From a virus (Duplodnaviria > Caudoviricetes): DNA of 25,871 bases. Location: IMG/VR virus record IMGVR_UViG_3300005404_000026, positions 1 through 25,871 of that record, one strand, 5' to 3'. This document shows positions 7,900-17,181 of this stretch, in pieces. How positions within the stretch are numbered: the stretch's first letter is position 1; each line of letters begins with the position of its first letter. The notes below the pieces were generated by a model, which was given only the letters and a program-made list of their open reading frames with translations, had not been told where the DNA came from and did not search any database. Both the position numbers and the translations under genes were made by a program.

Positions 7900-9096
7900 A
7901 TGACAAACATAAAAATAACAACACACCCAACAGGTAGATCCCCTGAGAACAAATACTTTTTTGGAGAAAGGACTAGATGCTTAGATCTAACTAGACCTAA
8001 GTTTAATAAAATAGGTAAAGAAGAAGACTTTATGGTATTTTATACTTTACTACAACAACAAACAAATTACTTAGAACCTATGAACTTTGAAACAGTAGGA
8101 ACTAATTTTACAATACATACTAACGACGAACGTCACAAACAATTTGTTTGGAACATGTTTAAAGTGACTGCTGAAGACCAACATGGGGATTGGACTATAT
8201 GGCACAACACAAGCATCGAAATGGAACCTAAAATATATGTGCATTTAGATAAGAAACTATTGCTCATTGCAGGTACAACATTTTTAGGAGAAATTAAAAA
8301 AGGTGTGTTTGGTATTATAAGTTTTGTACTACCAAAGTATGATAGACTTCCTATGCATTGTGGAGCATTTACATATAGGAATACTACTAATCTTATGTTT
8401 GGGTTAAGTGGTACAGGTAAAACTACATTATCAAGTGATCCTGATTATAAACTTATTAGCGATGATGAAGTAGTTTGGAGTAACATGGGCATTAGAATGA
8501 TCGAAACAGGTTGCTATGCTAAAAGCGAAGGCTTAACACCTGAAACACATCCTACAATCTTTAATGCAGTAGAAGAAGCAAGGAGAAGGGATACACTAGT
8601 TGAAGAAAATCCTGATGCCTTAAATGCTAGATTAAGTTACCCTATCAGCTGTGTAGAAAATGCTTATCATAAACGGAGTAACTTTGATCATGCAGATAAC
8701 ATATTCTTTTTAACTATGGATGCCGAAGGTGTGTTTCCATCTATAAGCAGAATAAGTGGCGATACAGTTCGTAAGTTTTTTGAAACAGGATACACTAGTC
8801 AAATGCCAGGAACAGAAGCAGGTGATGACGAAATAAAACGTACATTCTCTCCTTGCTATGGATCACCCTTTATGCCAAGAGATGTAAAAGTATACAGTGA
8901 TATGCTTATAGATAAAGTAGAACAGCATAACACAAATGTATTTTTAGTAAACACAGGCATGAACCCAGAGACAGGCGAAAGATTTGCATTAGATTATACA
9001 CGGAATACAATTAAACAAGCAATACAAACTGAGTATCCTTTACAAGATACAAGTAGTGAAGTATTAAAAACATTAGAAGGACTAATAGGAGAGTAA
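7900..9096 (+). CDS. pckA: Phosphoenolpyruvate carboxykinase (ATP), compact form
   Basis: TGRSP, GEIKKGVF, MHCGA, FGLSGTGKTTLS, ISDDE, ETGCYAK, NARLSYPI, FSPCYGSPFMPR, LVNTG. Confidence 0.9.
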   Translation: MTNIKITTHPTGRSPENKYFFGERTRCLDLTRPKFNKIGKEEDFMVFYTLLQQQTNYLEPMNFETVGTNFTIHTNDERHKQFVWNMFKVTAEDQHGDWTIWHNTSIEMEPKIYVHLDKKLLLIAGTTFLGEIKKGVFGIISFVLPKYDRLPMHCGAFTYRNTTNLMFGLSGTGKTTLSSDPDYKLISDDEVVWSNMGIRMIETGCYAKSEGLTPETHPTIFNAVEEARRRDTLVEENPDALNARLSYPISCVENAYHKRSNFDHADNIFFLTMDAEGVFPSISRISGDTVRKFFETGYTSQMPGTEAGDDEIKRTFSPCYGSPFMPRDVKVYSDMLIDKVEQHNTNVFLVNTGMNPETGERFALDYTRNTIKQAIQTEYPLQDTSSEVLKTLEGLIGE

Positions 9097-9782
9097 TGAG
9101 CTTAATTACAGAAAAGTACGACTACAAAGAAATAAAAAGGCAAAGTGTCGAAGGTAAACGACTATATGCTTGTCCAGACGGTAATGCCGTAGCAAGTGTT
9201 ACAACTATACTAGATGCTACTAAAGATAAAACACACTTAGTAGCTTGGCGTAAAAGAGTTGGAGAAGCAAAAGCAAAAGAGATAACAACAGAAGCCGCTG
9301 GCGTTGGAACTCGTATGCACAAATACTTAGAAGATTATATCGAAAACTGGCCTGCATGGCCTTCTGCTGGGTCTAATCCGTATGCTCAACAAGCACACAA
9401 AATGGCATCACAGATTAGAGAAAATGTTTTAGAAAGTCATGTAACAGAGATATGGGGTAGTGAAGTTAACTTATATCATCCTAAAATTTATGCTGGAACT
9501 ACAGATTTAGTTGGTACTTACGATAACAATCCTGCTATAATGGACTTTAAGCAAACTAATAAACCTAAGAAGAAAGAGTGGGTTGATGATTACTATCTAC
9601 AACTTGTAGCCTATGCTTTAGCACATAACGAAATATACGATACAAATATACAAGAAGGACACATTTTCATGTGTTCTAGAGACCTAGATTACCAACAATT
9701 TGACTTATGGCCTGACGATTTTAAACATTGGGAGTCAAAATGGTGGGATCGAGTCTACCAGTATTACGACAAGTTCGCATAA
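9096..9782 (+). CDS. PD-(D/E)XK exonuclease (MGME1/Cas4-like phage family)
   Basis: SVTTIL, W..RVG, GTRMHKYLE, SEVNL, YAGTTD, IMDFKQ, LQLVAYA. Confidence 0.85.
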   Translation: MSLITEKYDYKEIKRQSVEGKRLYACPDGNAVASVTTILDATKDKTHLVAWRKRVGEAKAKEITTEAAGVGTRMHKYLEDYIENWPAWPSAGSNPYAQQAHKMASQIRENVLESHVTEIWGSEVNLYHPKIYAGTTDLVGTYDNNPAIMDFKQTNKPKKKEWVDDYYLQLVAYALAHNEIYDTNIQEGHIFMCSRDLDYQQFDLWPDDFKHWESKWWDRVYQYYDKFA

Positions 9783-9806
9783 ATATATAAAATAAGGAGT
9801 TTAACA

Positions 9807-11423
9807 GTGGCAGTCGTACAGATATCTAGAATACAAATAAGAAGAGGGCAGAAGAATCAAGGTTCTGGAGTTCCTCAATTATCAGGTGGTGAATTAGGTT
9901 GGGCTGTTGATGCAAGAGAATTATACATAGGTAATGGTTCAGTTGCAGAAGGTGCACCAGCAGTTGGCAACACAAAAATTATTACACAACACGACGACTT
10001 GTTTACATTAGCAGATAGCTACACTTACTTAGGTGGAACAACAGTTCAAACAGGAACAACAGCAACTTCACCAATAAAAAGAACACTACAAGCAAGACTA
10101 GATGAAATAGTAAGCATTAAGTCATTTGGTGGTATCGGAGACGGAACAGATCAAACTGTAGCAATACAAAGAGCTATAGACCAATTATATCTTAATAGTG
10201 CAACTAAAGGTACAGAAGGAAGTAGAGTAAAATTACATTTTCCAGCAGGTGTATATGGAATATCAGGAACAATTTACCTTCCTCCATTTGCTAATTTAAT
10301 AGGCGAAGGTTGGGACAAAACAAAATTTAATATGACCAATAGTGCTTCAGCATTTCAAACTGTTAACAGTAGCAGTACTCCAGGAAGTTATGCTGATGAT
10401 AGTTCTAGTACAACTCTTAACCAAGCATCAGGAATACATTTTTCAGGATTTACAATCGCTACTATATCTACTACAAATCCAGCTATAGTTTTACAGAGTT
10501 GTAAAGAAGGAAACTTTAGTGATATTAAAATTACAGGTCCTTGGACAACAGGTACAGCTATTACTGCAACTAATGCCGCAATTAAAATGGGATCTTTAAG
10601 TACTCTAGTAGGAACACACAAAAATAAATTTGATCACATATCTATAAATGGATTTAGTACAGGAATTGGAAGTGACGACGATGCATACGACAATAACTTT
10701 AATAATTCATTTGTTGCATCTTGTGGACGTGGTGTATACTTTGGAGAAAATACATCTATAGGTTCACAAGGACAAGCAACAGGTCCAAGTAGAAACACAT
10801 TTAGTCAATGTAAATTTGAAGACATTGACAAAGAGGCTATTAATATAATCAAAGGCGTAGACAATATTAGTTCACATAATAAATTTACTGGAGTTGGTAA
10901 TGTTGGCGGAAACGAAGGCAATGCCCAATATCCTGTAATTGATTATGTAACACAAAATAATTCAGTTGAAGACATTTTTTCAAGAACAAACGATTTATCT
11001 AACAACCAAACTTACTTAACATCTTTTCCATACATATCAGAAATTAAAGGCAAAGTTAATGCAAGAATAGGTGGATTCATGTCGCTTAACGTGACAGAGC
11101 AATCATCACCAACTTACTTTTTTAGACTACCAGGCGATGTTTCTAAAACTTATGAAGTTGAATACTATTATAATAGTGGCTTAGTTAACGCACAACGAAG
11201 TGGTAAGATGACGTTTCAGTTAGATACTGGTAATAATACACTAAATTTTATTGACGATCACGAATACCAAGGAGATGCTAATTATGAGACGGCACTCCAG
11301 TTTACAGCCGCTATGGTAAACACAAATGGACAAGTAGGGGTTGACACAATCATAGTTTCTATGTTAAACTCTACTACAAATGATACAGGAAGTTTCAACT
11401 ATAAAATTAAAGTTTTAGGGTAA
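9807..11423 (+). CDS. Virion tail/baseplate protein with pectate-lyase-like beta-helix
   Basis: N-terminal VQISRIQIRRG...GELGWAVD..LYIGNG; VSIKSFGGIGDG.DQTVAIQRAI...FPAGVY beta-helix cap; TAAATA 9780-9785 and SD AAGGAG. Confidence 0.75.
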   Translation: MAVVQISRIQIRRGQKNQGSGVPQLSGGELGWAVDARELYIGNGSVAEGAPAVGNTKIITQHDDLFTLADSYTYLGGTTVQTGTTATSPIKRTLQARLDEIVSIKSFGGIGDGTDQTVAIQRAIDQLYLNSATKGTEGSRVKLHFPAGVYGISGTIYLPPFANLIGEGWDKTKFNMTNSASAFQTVNSSSTPGSYADDSSSTTLNQASGIHFSGFTIATISTTNPAIVLQSCKEGNFSDIKITGPWTTGTAITATNAAIKMGSLSTLVGTHKNKFDHISINGFSTGIGSDDDAYDNNFNNSFVASCGRGVYFGENTSIGSQGQATGPSRNTFSQCKFEDIDKEAINIIKGVDNISSHNKFTGVGNVGGNEGNAQYPVIDYVTQNNSVEDIFSRTNDLSNNQTYLTSFPYISEIKGKVNARIGGFMSLNVTEQSSPTYFFRLPGDVSKTYEVEYYYNSGLVNAQRSGKMTFQLDTGNNTLNFIDDHEYQGDANYETALQFTAAMVNTNGQVGVDTIIVSMLNSTTNDTGSFNYKIKVLG

Positions 11424-11851
11424 TGCTCGAATTAAAATTTGAAGATAAAGTAAAAGTCTGGAAAAACTTACGGGAAACATTAGAATTACACCCAAGACCA
11501 TTCGACGCGGTCTTACAATTTGTTAGAAAACTACCATTATCAGCTAAGAAAAAAACAAATGCATGGGATCCTAAGGCTAAAATAGAACCTTGGCATCTCA
11601 TTGAGAAAACCGAATTTACTGAGTATGAAATTGCACAACTTACGGCATATACTTTACAGTTAACCGATAGGTTTAGCGAAGCTCAAATCGAGATATATAT
11701 CAGTAAAGAGAACAAGAAAAGTAAATTATTATATCTAGTGTATGTGGATAACTTTATTGTAATCGGGTATAACAACGAAGTAACAACAGTTGAGGAACTT
11801 CCCGCAAATGTTATACCACAAAAGATTTACAGTATGCCACCTATACACTAA
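11423..11851 (+). CDS. Hypothetical phage protein
   Basis: TAATG coupling, 142-aa ORF. Confidence 0.65.
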   Translation: MLELKFEDKVKVWKNLRETLELHPRPFDAVLQFVRKLPLSAKKKTNAWDPKAKIEPWHLIEKTEFTEYEIAQLTAYTLQLTDRFSEAQIEIYISKENKKSKLLYLVYVDNFIVIGYNNEVTTVEELPANVIPQKIYSMPPIH

Positions 11852-11876
11852 GTATTACACACAAAGGGAAAGAAGT

Positions 11877-14186
11877 ATGAACACAGACCTCAGCATCATC
11901 AAAAGAAACGGCAAAACTGCACCATTAGATATTCAAAAGATTCACAAAGTAGTAAACTATGCTTGTGAAAACTTAACTGGAGTTTCTAGCAGTTTGGTGC
12001 AAATGAATGCAGGCATACAGTTTGCAGATAAAATGTCGTCAAGAGAGATACAAGACTTATTAATTAGATCAGCTAACGATTTAATTTCGTTAGACCAACC
12101 CAACTATCAATACGTTGCGGCAAGATTATTGCTTTACGGAATTTATAAAGACGTATTTGGTGGATTTGAAAAAGTACCATTACTAGAAATGGTCAAAAGA
12201 AATATTAACCGTTCAGTATACGATGCAGATATATTAGAGAAGTATACTGAAGATGAGTTTGAGCAGATGGAAAAGTATCTCAAACATAATAGAGATGAAA
12301 ATTTTACCTATGCAGGACTAAGGCAAATAGTTGACAAGTACTTGTGCCAAGATAGAAGTACTAGTGAAGTATTCGAGTCGCCACAACACATGTACATGAT
12401 GATTGCGGCTACACTATTCGCTAACTATCCTAAAGAAGATAGAATGTATTATGTAAGGAGATACTACGATGCGACCTCACTTTTTAAAATTAATATCCCA
12501 ACGCCAGTCATGGCCGGTGTCCGCACACCTATTCGACAGTTTGCTTCGTGTGTCCTTGTTGACAGTGACGATACCCTTGATAGTATCTTCGCAAGTGATA
12601 TGTCGATTGGTAGATACACAGCCCAAAGAGCAGGGATCGGAATCAACTCAGGACGTATCAGAGGAATCAATTCGAAAATAAGAGGTGGAGAAGTTGCACA
12701 CACAGGTGTAATTCCGTTTCTTAAAAAATTCGAAGCAACTGTTAGATGTTGCACACAAAATGGAGTAAGAGGCGGTAGTGCTACAGTTCATTTTCCTTTT
12801 TGGCATCAAGAAATTGAAGACATACTTGTCTTAAAAAATAATAAAGGCACTGAAGACAACCGTGTTCGTAAATTGGATTATTCCATTCAACTTAATAAAA
12901 CAATGTACGAACGATTATTAACCCAAGGCGATATAACTCTTTTTTCACCTAAAGATGTTCCAGGCTTATATGAAGCCTACTTTAACGATCAAGAAAAGTT
13001 TAAGGAACTATACGAAAAGTATGAAAAAGATAATAAAGTTAAAAAGAAAGTTATGTCTGCAATGCAACTCTTTTCTGCACTAATTAAAGAAAGAGCAGAA
13101 ACAGGACGTATCTATATAATGAATGTCGATCATTGTAATACACATAGTTCTTTTAAAGATCCTGTATACATGAGTAACTTATGTCAAGAGATTACGTTAC
13201 CTACTAAGCCACTACAACATATTGATGATCCAGATGGAGAAATTGCTTTATGTATTCTTAGTGCAATTAATGTAGGAACTCTAAAAGAATTAGATGACCT
13301 AGAAGAACTAGCTGAATTAGCTGTAAGAGCATTAGACGAGATTATTGATTATCAAAACTATCCTATTAAGGCGGCTGAGATAAGCACAAAAGCTAGACGT
13401 TCACTAGGAATAGGATACATTGGTCTTGCACATTATCTAGCAAAGCATGGTTGTAAGTACTCAGATAAGAAAGCATTAACAAAAGTACACGAACTAACAG
13501 AAGCATTTCAGTTTTATCTTTTGAAAGCAAGTAATAAACTTGCACAAGAAAAAGGAAAATGTGACTACTTTGATCGCACTAAATACAGTGATGGTATACT
13601 GCCAATTGACACTTATAAGAAGGAGTTGGACGAAGTATGTTCAATAACATTAAAATATGACTGGGATTATCTTCGCGAGGCTATTGGACAACACGGTCTT
13701 AGGCACTCAACATTGTCCGCACAAATGCCTTCGGAGAGCAGTTCCGTTGTGTCGAATGCCACAAACGGTATTGAGCCTCCTAGAGGATTCTTGTCCGTTA
13801 AGAAAAGTAAAAAAGGGCCTCTTAAGCAAATTGTTCCGCAGTATACGACTTTAAAAAATCATTACACACTACTTTGGGATATGCCTAGCAATGATGGCTA
13901 TATTAATATAGTGTCTGTAATGCAAAAGTTCTTTGATCAAGCTATTAGTGGTAACTGGAGTTATAATCCAACCCACTTTGACAATAACGAAGTACCTATG
14001 AGTATAATGATGAAAGATCTGTTAAACACATACAAGTATGGTTGGAAAACATCATACTACCAAAATACATATGACTATAAAACAGATGGCGAGGTGGATG
14101 AGCCAGCCGAGAAGATAGTTGAGCCACAAGAAAACGAATTACGTGTGGACAACGAAGAAGAAGAATGTGAAGCTTGTACAATATAG
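11877..14186 (+). CDS. nrdA: Ribonucleotide reductase class Ia alpha subunit
   Basis: N-terminal ATP cone, PTPVMAGVRT..RQFASC, SNLCQEI, PSESSS, KTSYYQ, C-terminal CEAC; start corrected to ATG 11877. Confidence 0.97.
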   Translation: MNTDLSIIKRNGKTAPLDIQKIHKVVNYACENLTGVSSSLVQMNAGIQFADKMSSREIQDLLIRSANDLISLDQPNYQYVAARLLLYGIYKDVFGGFEKVPLLEMVKRNINRSVYDADILEKYTEDEFEQMEKYLKHNRDENFTYAGLRQIVDKYLCQDRSTSEVFESPQHMYMMIAATLFANYPKEDRMYYVRRYYDATSLFKINIPTPVMAGVRTPIRQFASCVLVDSDDTLDSIFASDMSIGRYTAQRAGIGINSGRIRGINSKIRGGEVAHTGVIPFLKKFEATVRCCTQNGVRGGSATVHFPFWHQEIEDILVLKNNKGTEDNRVRKLDYSIQLNKTMYERLLTQGDITLFSPKDVPGLYEAYFNDQEKFKELYEKYEKDNKVKKKVMSAMQLFSALIKERAETGRIYIMNVDHCNTHSSFKDPVYMSNLCQEITLPTKPLQHIDDPDGEIALCILSAINVGTLKELDDLEELAELAVRALDEIIDYQNYPIKAAEISTKARRSLGIGYIGLAHYLAKHGCKYSDKKALTKVHELTEAFQFYLLKASNKLAQEKGKCDYFDRTKYSDGILPIDTYKKELDEVCSITLKYDWDYLREAIGQHGLRHSTLSAQMPSESSSVVSNATNGIEPPRGFLSVKKSKKGPLKQIVPQYTTLKNHYTLLWDMPSNDGYINIVSVMQKFFDQAISGNWSYNPTHFDNNEVPMSIMMKDLLNTYKYGWKTSYYQNTYDYKTDGEVDEPAEKIVEPQENELRVDNEEEECEACTI

Positions 14187-14198
14187 GAAGGAAGTTTA

Positions 14199-15302
14199 AT
14201 GGCGAAGACCGTATTCAATAAAGATAAGATTGATTTTACAAAGAGCACAATGTTTTTTGGCCCTGATCAAAATACACAAAGATATGATGTATTCAAGTTT
14301 CCGGAGTTCGAAAAACTTAACCAAACTATGCTAGGTTACTTTTGGAGACCTGAAGAAGTTAGTTTGCAAAAAGACAGAGCAGATTATGCTAACTTTCGAC
14401 CAGAGCAAAAACATATTTTTACTGCTAACCTAAAATACCAAACATTGTTAGATAGTGTTCAAGGCAGAGGTCCTAGTTTAGCATTTCTACCATACGTTTC
14501 AATTCCAGAACTAGAAGGCTGTATTGTTACATGGGACTTTTTTGAAACAATTCATTCACGTTCTTATACACACATTATTAAAAATGTTTATCCAGATCCA
14601 TCTGAAGTATTTGATACTATTTTGGACGATAAAGAAATTCTAAAAAGAGCTCAATCTGTAACCAAAAACTATGATGCATTTACATTAGCGGCAGAAGATT
14701 GGTTTCAACGTAAGCAAGGATCAATGCGTGAAGTCAAAAAGAAGCTCTACTTGGCTATGATGAATGTAAATATACTTGAAGGTTTACGTTTTTATGTTTC
14801 ATTCGCTTGTACCTTTTCTTTTGCAGAATCTAAAAACATGGAAGGTTCAGCAAAGATTGTATCACTAGTTGCAAGAGATGAAGCTACACATTTAAACTTA
14901 ACTACACACGTTTTGAAGAATTGGCAAAAAGGATTAGATGATCCAGAAATGGCAAAGATAGCAAAGGAGTGCGAAGAAGAAGTTTATAATATGTGGAGAG
15001 AATGTGTAGATGAAGAAAAGGCTTGGGCAAATCATTTGTTCAAGGATGGAGCAATTATAGGATTGAATGAAGAACTATTACATCACTATGTTGAATTCAT
15101 TGCTAACAAGAGATTGAAAGCACTTGGTTTAAAAACTATCTATAACAGATCTTTAAACAATAACCCACTACCGTGGACACAACATTGGCTTTCGAGTGCA
15201 GGATTACAAGTTGCACCACAAGAAACTGAAGTTGAAAGTTACATAATTGGTGGTATTAAACAAGACGTAGACGAAGATGTTTTGAAAGGATTCACTCTTT
15301 AG
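14199..15302 (+). CDS. nrdB: Ribonucleotide reductase class Ia beta subunit
   Basis: FWRPEE, LDSVQGR, ETIHSRSY, EGLRFY, RDEATH, VAPQETE..SY. Confidence 0.97.
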   Translation: MAKTVFNKDKIDFTKSTMFFGPDQNTQRYDVFKFPEFEKLNQTMLGYFWRPEEVSLQKDRADYANFRPEQKHIFTANLKYQTLLDSVQGRGPSLAFLPYVSIPELEGCIVTWDFFETIHSRSYTHIIKNVYPDPSEVFDTILDDKEILKRAQSVTKNYDAFTLAAEDWFQRKQGSMREVKKKLYLAMMNVNILEGLRFYVSFACTFSFAESKNMEGSAKIVSLVARDEATHLNLTTHVLKNWQKGLDDPEMAKIAKECEEEVYNMWRECVDEEKAWANHLFKDGAIIGLNEELLHHYVEFIANKRLKALGLKTIYNRSLNNNPLPWTQHWLSSAGLQVAPQETEVESYIIGGIKQDVDEDVLKGFTL

Positions 15303-15303
15303 A

Positions 15304-15585
15304 ATGAATAAACAAGAAGTTACAATTTACTCTAAGACACATTGCCCTAGTTGTCTTAAAGCAAAAGCACAATTTGATAAACTAAACGTTCCTTATACAG
15401 AACATTTGCTTGGAACAGATATTCAACCAGGCGAATTGTTCACTCTTTTCGAAGAAAAAGGACTACCACAGCCAAGAACAGCCCCGCAAATCTTTATAGG
15501 TGATACTTATATAGGAGGCTGGGAACAACTTTGTGAATATATTGAAAACACAGGGTTCAACGGCTCCGGTTACTCAGTAGGATAA
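15304..15585 (+). CDS. nrdC: Glutaredoxin
   Basis: YSKTHCPSC...RTAPQIFI...IGG. Confidence 0.9.
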   Translation: MNKQEVTIYSKTHCPSCLKAKAQFDKLNVPYTEHLLGTDIQPGELFTLFEEKGLPQPRTAPQIFIGDTYIGGWEQLCEYIENTGFNGSGYSVG

Positions 15586-15594
15586 AATAAAAAT

Positions 15595-15894
15595 ATGTTA
15601 GTAGAAAATCCAGATTACAAAGTAAACGATACAATAACTTTTAAAACCCAAGCTGGGGAAGAAGTTGTGTGCCGTGTAACACAGATAAACAAAGATTCTA
15701 TTAAAGTCAAGAAGCCAATGGCTTTAACTATGTTGAAAGACGGAATTGGAATGGTTCCATTCTCTTTAACAGTCAGCATGGATACTGAAATGCTAATTAA
15801 CCTTAGTAACGTTGTTTTTATTGCGAAGACAGCAGATAAAACGGCTAAGCAGTATATAGAATCAACAACAGGGCTTAAACTAGCTGTCAATTAA
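15595..15894 (+). CDS. Conserved phage protein, possible Sm/SH3-like beta-barrel
   Basis: TFKTQAGEEVV...KPM...GMVPF...YIESTTGL pattern. Confidence 0.55.
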   Translation: MLVENPDYKVNDTITFKTQAGEEVVCRVTQINKDSIKVKKPMALTMLKDGIGMVPFSLTVSMDTEMLINLSNVVFIAKTADKTAKQYIESTTGLKLAVN

Positions 15895-15912
15895 AGTAGA
15901 AGGAGATAAATT

Positions 15913-16092
15913 ATGTCAGACATACATGAACAGATCAAATCACAATATGAGGCTTACTTAAAGGAAGCCGAGTCGTTTGATACTAAAGGTGTAAAAGCAT
16001 CTGCCGCAAGAGCAAGAAAAGCTCTAGGGGAGATGGGGAAATTAGCAAAAGCAAGAAGAGCTGAGATCCAAGATAAAAAGAACAATATGTAA
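15913..16092 (+). CDS. Histone H1-like (Hc1-family) 59-aa protein (not in ORF track)
   Basis: SD AAGGAG; F..KGVKASAARARKALGEMGKLAKARRAEIQDKKN. Confidence 0.75.
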   Translation: MSDIHEQIKSQYEAYLKEAESFDTKGVKASAARARKALGEMGKLAKARRAEIQDKKNNM

Positions 16093-16133
16093 TAAATATA
16101 GTTATGGCGGGACCTGTTGTTTCGCCATAACTA
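16093..16133 (+). promoter_or_regulatory. Late-type promoter plus 11-bp perfect hairpin in the csp leader
   Basis: TAAATA 16093-16098; TAGTTATGGCG (16099-16109) / CGCCATAACTA (16123-16133). Confidence 0.6.
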
Positions 16134-16157
16134 ATAACACAAGGGCTAGAAAGAAAC

Positions 16158-16379
16158 ATGGCACAACAAGGTAAACTTAAATGGTACAATCACGTGAAAG
16201 GCTACGGCTTTATTTCTCGTGACGATGGACAAAAGGATTTGTTCGTTCACGTATCAGAATTCAGAAAAGCAGGAATTAAAAAGATTGTTGAAGGTATGCA
16301 CATTGAATATACCATTACCGATCACGCCGACAAACCTGTCGCTACCGATATTCTAATAATTCACGTTCCAGAAAATTAG
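16158..16379 (+). CDS. csp: Cold-shock domain protein
   Basis: GKLKWYN..KGYGFI (RNP1), DLFVHVSE (RNP2). Confidence 0.93.
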   Translation: MAQQGKLKWYNHVKGYGFISRDDGQKDLFVHVSEFRKAGIKKIVEGMHIEYTITDHADKPVATDILIIHVPEN

Positions 16380-16394
16380 ACGATAAATAGTTTT

Positions 16395-16616
16395 ATGACG
16401 GATGACTTAACAGAAATGTCTTCTGAGGAGAGAGTCAGCAATTTAAAACTAAGGATGTCGTTATTCAAGACAAAGTATCCAGAACTTTTTCCGGAAGTAA
16501 TTATAAAGGAGGACCCGCCGAGTGAGCCTAAACCCGTTAGAGATATTGCATCCAGACTGGCTTCTTTTCGCACTACTGATAAAACACGCACTAGCAGATT
16601 TAATTCTACAGAGTAG
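16395..16616 (+). CDS. Hypothetical small protein, probably leaderless; 3' part overlaps the next gene
   Basis: TAAATA 16384-16389 ends 5 nt before the ATG. Confidence 0.45.
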   Translation: MTDDLTEMSSEERVSNLKLRMSLFKTKYPELFPEVIIKEDPPSEPKPVRDIASRLASFRTTDKTRTSRFNSTE

Positions 16617-16914
16617 ATATTCTCCTGCACACGGCGACAAGATAGACTTAAAGACACCAAAAGGATATTATCATGCACTCGATCACGGGGTCTTAACATT
16701 TATTAGTTGTCTTTTCTTTATCGACTACAAATTAGCAATCATTATTGGAATAGTTGATACTATTTTACACTTCACCATAGATTACACCAAAACTCGTTAT
16801 GTACGTACGAATGATATCAAACAAGATACCAAACCATTTTGGATTATTCAAGGAATTGACCAAATGGCTCATTATTCTTGCTACATGGCCTACACTCTTT
16901 ACTTGACATTGTAG
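16522..16914 (+). CDS. DUF3307-like membrane protein
   Basis: KHALADLILQ, HALDHG, HFTIDYTK, FW...GIDQMAH; SD AAGGAGG before GTG. Confidence 0.8.
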   Translation: MSLNPLEILHPDWLLFALLIKHALADLILQSRYSPAHGDKIDLKTPKGYYHALDHGVLTFISCLFFIDYKLAIIIGIVDTILHFTIDYTKTRYVRTNDIKQDTKPFWIIQGIDQMAHYSCYMAYTLYLTL

Positions 16915-16933
16915 TTAAAGTATGTTATAAATA
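16903..16933 (+). promoter_or_regulatory. Composite tmRNA promoter (sigma70 with extended -10, overlapping late consensus)
   Basis: TTGACA 16903-16908, N17, TGnTATAAA; the -10 continues as TATAAATA 16926-16933. Confidence 0.8.
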
Positions 16934-17013
16934 TACTTGCAACGTTGAAGCAATTCGAACGCTGTACTGGACTCGGGTGCGATACCCGACACCTCCACCA
17001 TAAGGACACTACG

Positions 17014-17181
17014 ATGGCAAAGTATAGACGTAAAGGAAGAAAAGCTAGTAAACGTACAGTAAGATGTACACTTTGTACTACCTATCGCTGGATGGGGAAT
17101 ACTAAGGAAAGATTTAGATTTTCAGATAGACGTCGAAAAGAGCAGTTTAAAGTTAGTCGGAATAGTTTAGTGTCTTTATGA
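17014..17181 (+). CDS. 55-aa basic CxxC protein encoded inside the tmRNA intervening segment
   Basis: SD AAGGA 17002-17006, ATG 17014, TGA 17179-17181; MAKYRRKGRKASKRTVRCTLCTTYRWMGNTKERFRFSDRRRKEQFKVSRNSLVSL. Confidence 0.7.
   Translation: MAKYRRKGRKASKRTVRCTLCTTYRWMGNTKERFRFSDRRRKEQFKVSRNSLVSL

Noticed and set aside
9096-9782. Cas4-like nuclease as evidence of CRISPR
   Set aside because: No repeat-spacer array or other cas genes seen; lacks the four-Cys Fe-S pattern; common stand-alone phage exonuclease
11790-11876. Longer NrdA start
   Set aside because: Overlaps the upstream gene; ATP cone begins just after Met at 11877
11877-15302. Introns, inteins or homing endonucleases in nrdA/nrdB
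   Set aside because: Both ORFs are continuous, normal length and only 12 nt apart
16970-17000. Isolated tRNA 3' end as tRNA gene or attP remnant
   Set aside because: No anticodon arm; pairs with GGGGGTG at 17183 as a permuted tmRNA; no integrase in the window
16945-17013. ORF-track 78-aa ORF starting at TTG 16945
   Set aside because: First 23 codons are the tmRNA acceptor piece; the SD-supported start is ATG 17014
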